64,000 bases of DNA, taken from contig JBHGNT010000011.1 of assembly GCA_043228905.1 (NCBI GenBank), positions 11,594,001 through 11,658,000 of the forward strand, in the 5' to 3' direction. The notes below the pieces were generated by a model, which was given only the letters and a program-made list of their open reading frames with translations, was not told the origin of the DNA and did not search any database. This DNA is from Azolla caroliniana (Eukaryota > Plantae > Polypodiophyta). The position numbers and the translations under genes were made by a program. Below are positions 12,901-23,609 of the stretch, one piece after another; the first letter of the stretch is position 1, and every line of letters begins with the position of its first letter.

Positions 12901-14754
12901 ACGGTCGGTACGAGATGTACAATGTTTTCTAGGTTTTGCTAACTTTTACCGCAAATTTATACAGGATTACTCAAAGATTATTTTACCTCTCACACAACTT
13001 TCGAAGAAGGGACAAGCATTTCTTTGGTCCAATGAAGCGGACATGGCTTTTCGGCATCTTAAGAAAGCCTTTACATCAGCTCCTATTCTAGCTCATATGG
13101 ATACAAACAAACCATTCATCATGGAGGCCGACACATCGGATTTCGTCCTCGGTAGTATCCTTTCTCAACAAGGAGATAAACAAGAGTTACATCTTGTGGC
13201 TTTTCATTCGCGCAAATTCGATGCCGCAGAAATCAACTAGGAAATACATGACAAGGAGTTATTAGCCATCGTGGATTCCTTTGTGCAATGACAACATTTC
13301 TTAGAGGGCTCTTCACATCAGGTCATCGTCTTTAGTGATCACAAAAATCTTGCTTATTTCCAGAACGCTCGGGTGCTAAATCGACGGCAAGCTCGGTGGG
13401 CTCAATTCCTCACGCGTTTCGACTTCAAAATCACATATCGATCGGGGAAGCAGCAAGGAAAAGAAGATGTGCTATCACGACGTTCATATATTGCACCTCG
13501 TCGTGGTGATCCAACATTTGATAATCAAAAGCAAGTAATCTTGGGACCAACACGATTGCACACAACACAGATTTTTCACACCCCAATGGATTCCCGAATT
13601 ACTGATGCCATACGTGTGAACTTGAAGACAGATAGTTTTGCTCAAGACATTTTGGCGCACATTGATACCTCTCAGGCATCTTGTTCCCAATCTCAACAAC
13701 TAGGTATGGACTACCGAAAATTCAAATATCATGATGGTTTGTTATTCTTTAAAATCTTGTATATGTCCCCAATTGCTCTTGTCGCCGTCAAATTGTCCAA
13801 AATTGTCACGAAACCCATACGGCGGGACATTTCGGTAGTACTAAGACGTTGGATCTCGTTCAACGATCTGTTTGGTGGCCCCATATGCGACGTTTTGTCG
13901 ACGACTACGTTCGGACTTGTGATGCTTGTTGTCGAGCAAAAATGCCCCGACACCATCCATATGGCTTGTTGGAACCCTTACTGATTCCAAGTAAGCCGTG
14001 GCAGTCTATTTGTCTTGATTTTATCACAGATGTGCCTGTCTCGAAGGGGTTCGATGATATCTTAACCATCGTCGATCAATATACTAAGACGGCACATTTT
14101 GTGTCGTGTACTAAGGCCATCAATAGCGAGGAAACCGTCGCCCTTGTCATGCGTGAGGTATTTCGGCATCATGGCCTCCCAGACAGTATCATTAGTGACC
14201 GAGGACCTCAATTCGTCTCCAAATTTTGGCAGCATCTCTTCAAGATGCTCAAGGTCTCTTGCAACCTCTCCTCCGGCTACCATCCCCAGACTGATGGGCA
14301 GGCGGAACGAACAAACCAAACGCTGGAACAATATCTCCGATGTTTTCTGAGTTATCAACAGGATGATTGGGCCGAGATTCTCCACTTTGCGAAGTTTGCA
14401 TATAATAATGTTATTCACTCCTCGACTCGGGTCTCCCCATTTTACGCTTATACCGGTTCTCATCCTCGCTGGTCGATGATCGACACCCCGGAGCTACCTA
14501 CCAATCCTCGTGCCGAGGATCATTTGGAGAGGCTACGCAAGATCTAGATGGATCTCTCTACTCATCTTCGTCATGCTCAACACACACAGAAGATTTATGC
14601 GGATCATCATCGGCTTCCCTCCTCTTTTGCCATTGGAGATCGAGTATGGCTCTTACGTCGTCACATCAAGACTATTCGACCATGCGACAAGTTGGATTAT
14701 CGACGACTCGGTCCTTTCCGTATTACTAGTAAGGTTAATGATGTCACGGTCCGC
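9350..14754 (+). pseudogene. Gypsy B gag-pol (gag 5'-truncated, many stops and frameshifts)
   Basis: LRQGDRPASAYAADF; split knuckle CLYCGGPG/HIAINC; LLDSEANSYFMD; PWGPIYNLS; [11 protein letters not shown]; MPFGLTNAP; YLDD; PWQSICLDFI; ISDRGPQF; YHPQTDGQAER; RLGPFRI. Confidence 0.93.
9864..11315. mobile_element. 1.45-kb non-coding insertion with (TAC)19 at its left edge, splitting the gag zinc knuckle
   Basis: Gag reads GGPG|HIAINC across it; possible CAGG duplication at 9860-9863 and 11316-11319; class unclear. Confidence 0.7.
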
Positions 14755-15419
14755 TGTCGCGTTGTTACGTGCGTGCGTGTGGAAGGGGCAGGACCACGGG
14801 GGTCTTGGACTAGGGAGTAGAGGAGAAAGAATAAGACACAAAATGGAAGCTTAGCTCAAGAGGAGGTGAGAAAGAATAAGACAATAACATAGAATAGACG
14901 GGGCAAGATGCTCAACAAGTTAGCTTAAGGAATGTTACCGGCCGGCAAAGGAGTCCAGAGTGGGAAACGGGGAGTTATTTAAGTAGTAGGAATGTGGTTG
15001 TAATTAAGCTATGAGGGTGGACGGACGGACCGGAATCGGTATGCCGTTCCGGATCCGGACCAATCCCGAACAGGTGCGGATGGCACCGTTTTGTAATACA
15101 GACCGGAAACCTATTTAAAGGCCCGGATACAATGTAATGAATAGCGGTTAATTAATAAAGCTTAGTGTTATTATCTCTCTGTGTTAATTGCCGTTCTGCC
15201 TCAATTGTTATATCTTACGCGTGTGATTATGAAAGACGATCATGTTAAGTAACTTAATTAAGTCGGATTAATCGTTGAGTCTAATCCTGTTGCCGTAATA
15301 CCCTTTGGTGAAGTGTCTTCCGTAGACACCCTGTGTTAGGCCATTGTCCGGCCCTAAGAGTTAACACAGTTTTTGGCGACCACGATTCCTGTTTTTGCAG
15401 CGAACGACGGCACGGATGG

Positions 15420-16940
15420 ATGTCTAGATCAACGCACGACCTGGTTACAGATCGAACTCGACGCCTTGTCGAAAGGCAAAGGAGATGTGAGGCTTTCCAA
15501 CAAGCGGCGCAGGAAATTAGAGCGGATCGCTCGTTTTCCAACGTCATCCGGAGAGTAGCGGAGGACTCCCTCTGGTTACAACAAACATCGCACCCGGACG
15601 ACAGCAGCAGCCTAAGCAGCCTCCGGGAAACCGAATCCTTTCTCCACGCGTTGGCAAACGGAGAAGGCGAAGCAGAAGCCTTTTCAGCATATGAATCGGA
15701 CTCCGAAGGGGAATACAGCGTGCACACGAACTACCGTAGCAGCAACGAAACCCCGGGCGGACCGGAGGACGAAGGATCGGATACCTTATCGACACCGGAA
15801 CCAGAAGTGCTAACGCTGGAACCCCCGGAACCAGCAGAGGAAGAGCGACCTCCGACACCGGAAGTCAAAGAGGAGAGGCCTCCGTCACCAAAAGAAGAGG
15901 AAAAACCACCGACGCCGGAAACAAATCGGGAAAGACCACCGACGCCGGAGAAAATTTCGGAACGAGCACCAACACTGCCAGCCCGCACACCGATACCGGA
16001 CGACAACATGCCGTTCCAGTACTCCAAGTATAGAGATGATCCGGACGCGGAAGCTCATGTGCACGCCTTTGAACAGACATGGGAAGCTAAGCATGTGTCC
16101 TAGCGATTGACCTCGGAAGAAGAAGAAAGCTCTAAGATAGCGGAATTTGGCGTCACATTGGAGGGACCGGCGGCAAGATGGCGCCAGACGCAGGACCCGT
16201 CTACCATCAACACCTTTGCAGATTTAAAAGCTAAATTCTTGCATTTTTTCCAAAAGGAGGTGGACCAGACCGTAATGGTAGGCTTATTTTATACCATCCG
16301 ACAGGAGGCAGGGGAGAGCATTCCCCAATTTGTCATCCGGTTTCAACGGATGCATAGTCAGCTTACCCGCGCACCCCCGGAGGAGGAATTACGGACTATA
16401 TTCCTAAACGCGCTCCGGGAACCCCTACGCACGGTTTGCACGGTAATTGACTTCCGCACAAGTACCATCGACCAGGTCATTGACCGGGTGAGAGAGATGG
16501 AAAAGACAAGCTCCTGGCTCACACTGGGAGCACTCCAACGGGCGTTACCGTCCGATGAAGACCTCCGGTTTCGGCAAGCAATACAATGCACAACCTGCTT
16601 GAATTCCGGACACTCGGCTCTAGAATGCACTATGAGGACGCAATGTGTAATCTGTCAATCCAAGGGCCATATGACGGATAGGTGTGAGTATAATCTATTG
16701 AACCGGCAAGCACCGCCTGTCCGACAAATTGAGCCACGCAGCAGCCAGGATGAAGAAGAGGAACGCTGGCGGCGAATGGACTGCGACCGACCGGCACAGG
16801 ATGTCTGGTACGGCGATCGACGGGAGAATGATGTCCGGTACGGTGATTGGCGGGATAACTATGACCGGCATGATCGGTACCGGGATTACAATAGACGATA
16901 CGAACATTACAACCGGGAGCACTCCCCCGGGTATCGTTAA
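15420..16940 (+). pseudogene. Element D gag with one in-frame stop
   Basis: ERPPTPE repeats; capsid-like IRQEAGESIPQFVIRF; tandem knuckles CTTCLNSGHSALEC and CVICQSKGHMTDRC; aligns with E gag (FRQAIQCTICLNSGHSAVEC). Confidence 0.88.
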
Positions 16941-18004
16941 CAACGGAAATTGAACGGCTAAAGGAAGAGCTTTGCTAGCAGAAGGACCACGAGGACCGGG
17001 CCCGTCGACAGATCAACGCACGGCTCAAGCAAAAGACAGATGATTTTGAGCACCTGCACCGGAACTACAAACGGCTGGAAACGAAGCATAAGGAACGGAT
17101 GGCCGAGCTCCAACAGGAAGTTGATCGGGCCGCGACGGCGATCGCCGACGAACGTGCGGAAAATACAAGACGCTTGGACGAGGCGGAGAAAGTCCGGATG
17201 GAGCTCTAGAGGCAGCAGCAGGAAGAAAAAGAGAGAGCATCAACAGTATTGCAGAAATTACAAAGCACATATCAAAGGCAATTGACGCATTACAAGGAGC
17301 AAGCGGAAGACAACGTCAAAATCATCAAGCAACTGAAGGAGGAACGGCAAGCGGCGGAAACCAAATCGCAATTGGGAATGGGCAGGATTCAGTCCATCCT
17401 TCGGGCATGGTTGAATCCGACAAAACACTTGATTGACGAAAGCTCCGTAAGATGGTGGACAAAGTGGGCACAAAATGCAGCGGAACTCTAATTGCTACGG
17501 GCAGACGTGGCCAACCGGCGGAAGGAAGGAGATGATTGTTATACGTTGACTTCCGAGAACTTCACCGCCATACGGGACGAGTTGGCCGACGACTTCCAAG
17601 TCCTGGCGGATGAACAGCTGGTGCAGGTCAGGCAACTCGTAGCTCATCTAGACGATGATAGGCTGGACGCTCAAATCTAGTTTGAAAGTTACGAGCGGTC
17701 CCGGGTTCGGGAAGAAAAAGCACAGGAAGCGGCAATGGTTAACCTTAGTGATGAGGACCCGTCGCCGGCCGAGGGCCAGCCCAGAACCAGTCAACCGGAG
17801 ACCACTACGACGAAGGGAGAAACGACGGAGACGTCGGTGTCAGAGCAACAAACGGAGGAGTAGCCGCAACAGCCATCAACGGACCCGTCGCAACAGACAT
17901 CAACAGAGCAGCAACAACAACAACAACAACAACAACAACCAATTCTAGATGAACCATTGGAGACTCTCGAACAAAGCATTCTGGATATTTTGGACGAAGA
18001 ATAG
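16941..18004 (+). pseudogene. Element D extra ORF, C-terminal coiled-coil part, with stops
   Basis: TEIERLKEEL...WWTKWAQNAAEL*LLRADVANRRKEG...polyQ...ILDILDEE*; homologous to ORF 47424-48824 of E. Confidence 0.75.
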
Positions 18005-18014
18005 CAAGGGTCGG

Positions 18015-18056
18015 TTGTGGATTCGACGTACAAGGTACTGTCCCACGGGCGTGCCA
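18015..18056 (+). other. tRNA-Arg-like 3' half / inverted PBS at the PPT position of D
   Basis: TTGTGGATTCGA-cGTACaagGTACt-GTCCCACGGGCGTGCCA, then 2 nt, then the LTR TG. Confidence 0.75.
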
Positions 18057-18556
18057 TGTGTTACCGGCCGGCAAAGGAGTCCAAAGTGGGAAACGGGGAG
18101 TTATTTAAGTAGTAGGAATGTGGTTGTAATTAAGCTATGAGGGTGGACGGACAGACCGGAATCGGTATGCCGTTCCAGATCCGGACTGATCCCGAACAAG
18201 TGCGGATGGCACCGTTTTGTAATACAGACCGGAAACCTATTTAAAGGCCCGGATACAATGTAATGAATAACGGTTAATTAATAAAGCTTAGTGTTGTTAT
18301 CTCTCTGTGTTAATTGCCGTTCTACCTCAATTGTTATATCTTACACGTGTGATTATGAAAGACGATCATGTTAAGTAACTTAATTAAGTCGGATTAATCA
18401 TTGAGTCTAATCCTGTTGCCGTAAACACCCTTTGGTGAAGTGTCTTCCGTAGACACCCTGTGTTAGGCCATTGTCCAGCCCTAAGAGTTAACAAGGAAAC
18501 ATAAACGCTTTACAATGGTAGCTGCCATGGCCGCACCAAACGAGTATGAGAAAACC

Positions 18557-21500
18557 CTAAAGGAAAACCCAAGACGAAAACCCTAACCGAAACACTAAAA
18601 CCGAATAGGAAACCCTCGACCTAAGTGGTATGCCTCTCTCCCTCAAAATAGGCAACCCCTTCATAAGTGACCCCTCCCTTCCCTTTATAGCCCAAGGAGG
18701 GAGGGACCTTACAATGTGGGATAAAATTCCCCCTCTTATTTCTACACACCATTTCCTAGTATACATGTGCACATGTTGCACACCACCGATTTGCCCATTC
18801 CACCCCGGTTTCACACTATAGACGGAAAGCTTCACGACATCCACCCCCACCAAACCGCACATCCACCGGTATGTGCCAAGAAAGGAAGAGGGTAAGAGAT
18901 TTCGGCGACGGTGATCAACCGGGTCTTTCGCCTTACCGGCATCCAACCATCTTGTCGGTCCCTTGCTGGCGCCGATCCGTCTTGCCGTCTCCTTACCAGC
19001 CCCGACCCACCAACTCCATCTGATCCGCCATGTCCAGCGCACGCACCTTCTTCTTCGACCGGCCATCCCGAACACCGTTGCCAATCCGGTCTCCCTTCCT
19101 TCGCTCACCGCACATGTCCTCCGGTTAGACCCCTGATTACTTCGATTGCTCGCCGGGTGCCGCTCCTCGCGTATCGTGTGTGTTCCACCTCCGGCTCGAC
19201 CTTCTCCTCGCCCCGAACACCTCGTACCGACTCCCTTTGTTTTGCGCTCGGCTTCCGTAGGCACTTTCCATGCGTTGTTGTCGTCCATCGAATGCGCGCT
19301 CGTTCTTCGGTCCTTATGTGACCCTGTTACGCGCTCCTTGCTTCTCCCTCGTTCGCCGTGCTCTCTCGCCATAGAGCGCACCATCATCCCGACCACCATG
19401 TCAGTGTCCTTCGTGACTCCCGTTACCGCTTCATCCCGACTCTCGTCCTCTTGGCCCGCTTGGCCTCGCATGCCTTCCGGGAAGCCGCGCTTCCTCTTCC
19501 CGGCGCGTAGCCCGTTGCTCTCCACGCACCTCCTCCGGTTCTCAAGACATAGCCTTCCATGCTCATCGATCATCCGCCGATACCGGCACCTCACCGCTCC
19601 GTCTCTCGCCGCGCGCATTCCTCGCAAAGGCTCGTATGTCCTCCGGGTGCGTTGCCGAACTCTCCGATCGCACTCCGGATTCCGCCCTTTTCGTGCCGCG
19701 TATGTTCCTCCTTTGGTTTTATCGTCTCCGCATGCCAAACACCTCGGCGTGTCGACTCTTCCTACTCCGCGCTTGCCTTCCATAGGCTCTTCTCGTGCGC
19801 CGATGTTGTCCCCCGAATATGCGCTCATTCTTTGGCCCTTAGGCGACCCCATTTCGTGTTCCTTGCCTCTCCTTTGCCCGTCGTGCTCTCTCGCCGTAGA
19901 GCGTACCGTTATCCCAACCTCCGTGTCAGTGTCCCTCGAGGCTCTCGTTACCGCCTCACCTCGACTTGCGCCCTCTTGGCCCGCTTGGCCTTGTATGCCC
20001 TCCAGGAAGCCGCCGCGTTTTCTCTTCCCGGTGTGTACCCCGTTGTTCTCCGCGCACCATCCTTCGCTCTCGCCACCCATCCGCCGATCTTGGCACCTTA
20101 CGGCTTCGTCTCTCGCCGCGTGCTTGCCTCTCAAAGGCTCGACCGGTCCGCCATTGCCGGTCACTCGTTGCCACTCTTCCGGGTGCATGCTTACTTCTTG
20201 GCCCTTCGCTGGCCGTAGTGCATGCTCCGTTTTACGCCATAGTGCATACTTCGTATTACGCGCCTCATCCGTCGTAGACCCAACCTCCGCGTCGGTCTCT
20301 TCGTCCTTTCTTGCCGTAGCCCCTTCTGACTCCGGCTTGCCGTCTTGGCCGTGCTCGTCCGTCTTCACGCACCGGGTACCCGTTTTGGTAACCTCGTCAG
20401 TTCCGGTCTCTGACTCCTCGCCGCCACCCGTCATCTCTCCGGTCTTATGTTGATCCGCAACCGCCGAAGTCTCAAGGATAGATGTGGAGGGGTCCTCTCT
20501 CTCTTGGCCTCCCACCGAGTCGTACTCCTCGCGCATGCTTGGCCTCCTTCTCGCGTTCACCAGCTCCCACCGGGTGTTGTGGCTCATTCGCCTCGACCTC
20601 CAATCATGCCGACTTAGCCTTCGCCCGGATCGGTCTCGGCCAATCGAGTTCCGGTTTGGTCGGCTCCCTTCCGTAATCGTGACCGGCCGGTACATTTTTG
20701 TCTGAACAAATCCGGCCTTGCTGGCCCTTCTTCGGTTCGGGCCCGGTTGACCAGACCTCGCTCCAATCTTCTCCTGTGTCGTCTTCCAGTCGTGTCGGAT
20801 TATCGATCGGTTCATCTTCCGGTCGGGTCGGTTCCCGACTCTCTCCTCTTTGCCGCTCCCGACCTCTCCGGGCCTCGCATCCTCATCTTCGTACATGTTC
20901 GCTCCGGGCCACGCCTCCTCATGGCCACCGTCCTTCTCTCCGGTCTTATGTTGGCATTCGAACGCAACTGTCGTAGTCTCCGGCCCCGGTGTCGAGGAGT
21001 CTCTCCTCCGTCCCCTATAACCTTCCTCGTCGTCATTTCGATCGTCCGCTTTGCCGCCGCCACCTTCCGTCTCTCCAGTCTCACATGGGCTCTCGGGGCC
21101 GACCACCGAAGTCTCCAGAATAGGTGCGGGAAAAGTCTCGGTACCATCACTCACCGATGTCATGTTTGTAGCCACCTTCGTTCGGACGCCTTGGTCCGTG
21201 GCTATCTCGTCCCCGGTTACGCAAGCCTCGGTTATGCTTGCTACCTCCTCGTCCTCGTCCTTGTCTCGGTCGCCCGCCTTGCCGTCACCACCGCCCGTCG
21301 CTCTAGGACTCACGCCTGCACTCGGGCCGACCGCCGGAGCCTCTATGACCGGTGTGGGTAAGGACCCGACACCACCGCTTGTTGTGTCCTTAGCCGCCTC
21401 CGTCCGGACGTCGTTGTTCGCGGCTACCCCGCCTTTGATCGCGCAAGCCTCGATTACGCTTGCCGCCGTCTCTTCCATGTCGTCGTCTCGGTTTCCCGCC

Positions 21501-22390
21501 TTGCCACTGCCACCACCCGTTGCTCTAGGTCTCACGCCGGCACTCAGGCTGACCGCCAGAGCCTCTAGGACCGGTGTGTGTAAGGTCGCGGCACCGCCGC
21601 TTGTCTCCTCCCCACTCGATGTTTCGGGCCGCCATGTCCCGAATCCGTAGTTACCGGCCTCCATGGTTGTCCCTTCACCACAAGGCAAGAGGGTCGCTTG
21701 CTCCGCACCCTCTCCTATGTCGCCATTGTACGCTCTTCCGGCCTCTGTATAGGCCCCGTCTTCTACGCTTAGGGAGGCTTCTTCCTCTGCATCCTCCGAT
21801 CGCCTCCGGCCCGATTCCATAATAAGCCCTTCTTCGGCTCCGATTTTCGCCTTCACAAGATCGCATGCCTCCCGTATTAGCACCTCTAGGTCGAGCTCCT
21901 CCGAACCGTTTTGCGTTGAGCTCTCTTCTGGCGGTAGTGCGTACTCACTCGCTGCTCTCTCTTCTCCACCACTCGTGGACCGTGTTGTGGCCGACCGCCT
22001 CGCATCATGTTGCCGGCACACCCACCCATCGAACTCATGTCGACATCTTCCTTCCGGTTCGGTGTACCCGTACGCCTCCAATAGGGCTCCCTAAAAGGAC
22101 ACCCACGACTCATGAGCTTCTCGTAGCTCCTTGACCTCCTTGTGCACCGATACGACCACCACTCAAGGAAAATACTCTAGCCACATCGCCTCGTCTACGC
22201 CCCCTTTCGCCATCTCGGCCTTGTAGGCTCCCAAAATTTTTAGGACCTCATTCCCATTGAACCGGCCAACTCGATCGACCACCCTTTCGACGGCTTGTTG
22301 AGCCGCATCTCGCTTCGCCATCTTCCGTCTGGCTTCCATCACGATCTTTGCCATCATCTTATCGAAGTCGAAGTCTTCTTCCATCTCCAT
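18557..22390 (-). CDS. Element C ORF: Gag N-terminal domain fused to ~1,100 aa of repeat-rich low-complexity sequence
   Basis: ORFs 22163-22390 and 18557-22081 share one frame separated by two stops; the N-terminus aligns with F gag (GRFNGNEVLKILGAYKAEM vs GQFDVRNVMKFLDTYKREM); internal ~76-aa x3 and ~170-aa x2 repeats. Confidence 0.65.
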
Positions 22391-22950
22391 GCTCCCTTGC
22401 CGCCCTTCATGTCGGGTTCACCAAATATGTCGCGTTGTTACGCGCGTGCGTGTGGAAGGGGCAGGACCACGGGGGTCTTGGACTAGGGAGTAGAGGAGAA
22501 AGAATAAGACACAAAATGGAAGCTTAGCTCAAGAGGAGGTGAGAAAGAATAAGACAATAACATAGAATAGACGGGGCAAGATGCTCAACAAGTTAGCTTA
22601 AGGAAACATAAACGCTTTACAATGGTGGCCGCCATGGCTGCACCAAACGAATATGAGAAAACCCTAAAGGAAAACCCAAGACGAAAACCCTAACCGAAAC
22701 CCTAAAACCGAATAGGAAACCCTCGACCTAAGTGGTATGCCTCTCTCCCTCAAAATAGGCAACCCCTTCATAAGTGACCCCTCCCTTCCCTTTATAGCCC
22801 AAGGAGGGAGGGACCTTACAATGTGGGATAAAATTCCCCCTCTTATTTCTACACACCATTTCCTAGTATACACGTGCACATGTTGCACACCACCGATTTG
22901 CCCATTCCACCCCGGTTTCACACTATAGCCGGAAAGCTTCACGACACCAC

Positions 22951-23245
22951 CTTGATCTCCCTCCGCATCTTCAAATACGTCTGGTTTCCCATAGCTCTCT
23001 TCTTGAACCTTATAAAGCAAACACTATTCCCGATCGTGTTACCCGCTTGAGTTGGAAGTCGGCCCGGAGTATGAAGTTACTGTCATCCTCGATTCCAAAC
23101 TGGTTTGCAACAAACTTTATTATTTGGTCGATTGGCTCGGCTATAGTCCGAGCGAACGTACTTGGGAACCCGTCGAGCATGTCGCCAATGCTCTGGTTTC
23201 TTACTGAGTTTCACCGGAGGTATCCGAACAAACCCGGTCCGCAAT
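22951..23245 (+). pseudogene. Gypsy B integrase C-terminus with chromodomain
   Basis: EYEVTVILDSKLVCNKLYYLVDWLGYSPSERTWEPVEHVANA...EFHRRYPNKPGP. Confidence 0.9.
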
Positions 23246-23247
23246 CC

Positions 23248-23607
23248 ATGACAAGACTCGAACCCATGACCTTATGTTATATGGGTCGAGCTCTTGACCA
23301 TTATACCATCTATTGTAATACATAGGATATTATAGGAAATTAATGTATATTCCAGATTTCTTTGGAACATTCTAGAAGCTTCGGGATTACTCCTGAGAAC
23401 ACTTTAAAGAAGGCACTAGGCATTATGTTGAACCAAATTGGTTCAACGCCAATCTTAAGCCTCATAGCCATCTTGTACTTACTCTTCCTATAATATATCA
23501 TATGTTATCATCATCTCTCTCTCTCTCTCTCCTCTTCTCTTTTCGAGAGTCTTACACTTCCCTTCTCTAGTACTAATTCTCTGTCTGTTTTAGTACTATT
23601 CCTGACA
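23248..23607 (+). repeat. 3' LTR of gypsy B (first ~9 bp and PPT missing)
   Basis: Shares 86 bp with 9264-9349; ends CCTGACA. Confidence 0.85.
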
Positions 23608-23609
23608 GC

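Larger units (their letters stand above)
14933..18493 (+). mobile_element. Pol-less gypsy D (gag plus C-terminal part of extra ORF), related to E
   Basis: LTRs 14933-15366 and 18059-18493 (~13 substitutions and 1 indel by eye); perfect AGGAA TSD; PBS-like TGGCGACCAC at 15374-15383; no PPT. Confidence 0.95.
14755..22946 (-). mobile_element. Non-autonomous gypsy C (no pol), tRNA-Trp PBS, related to F
   Basis: 5' LTR 22428-22946; 3' LTR 14755-14932 plus 18499-18839 (split by D); PBS TGGTGAACCCGAC near 22411-22423; PPT-like GGTGGGGGTGGA at 18840-18851; CCGC/CCAC 4-bp TSD; B integrase reads DVTVR|LDLP across it. Confidence 0.92.
9255..23607 (+). mobile_element. Ty3/gypsy chromovirus B (Tcn1-like) inserted in copia A RT
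   Basis: TGTCA...TGACA termini; ACATG/GCATG TSD; LTR block 9264-9349 repeated at 23248-23333; gag, PR, RT (IIYLDD), RH, INT and chromodomain present. Confidence 0.92.

Noticed and set aside
19146-21650. Long plus-strand ORFs (435, 219, 204 and 199 aa)
   Set aside because: Antisense shadows of the GC-rich element C ORF.
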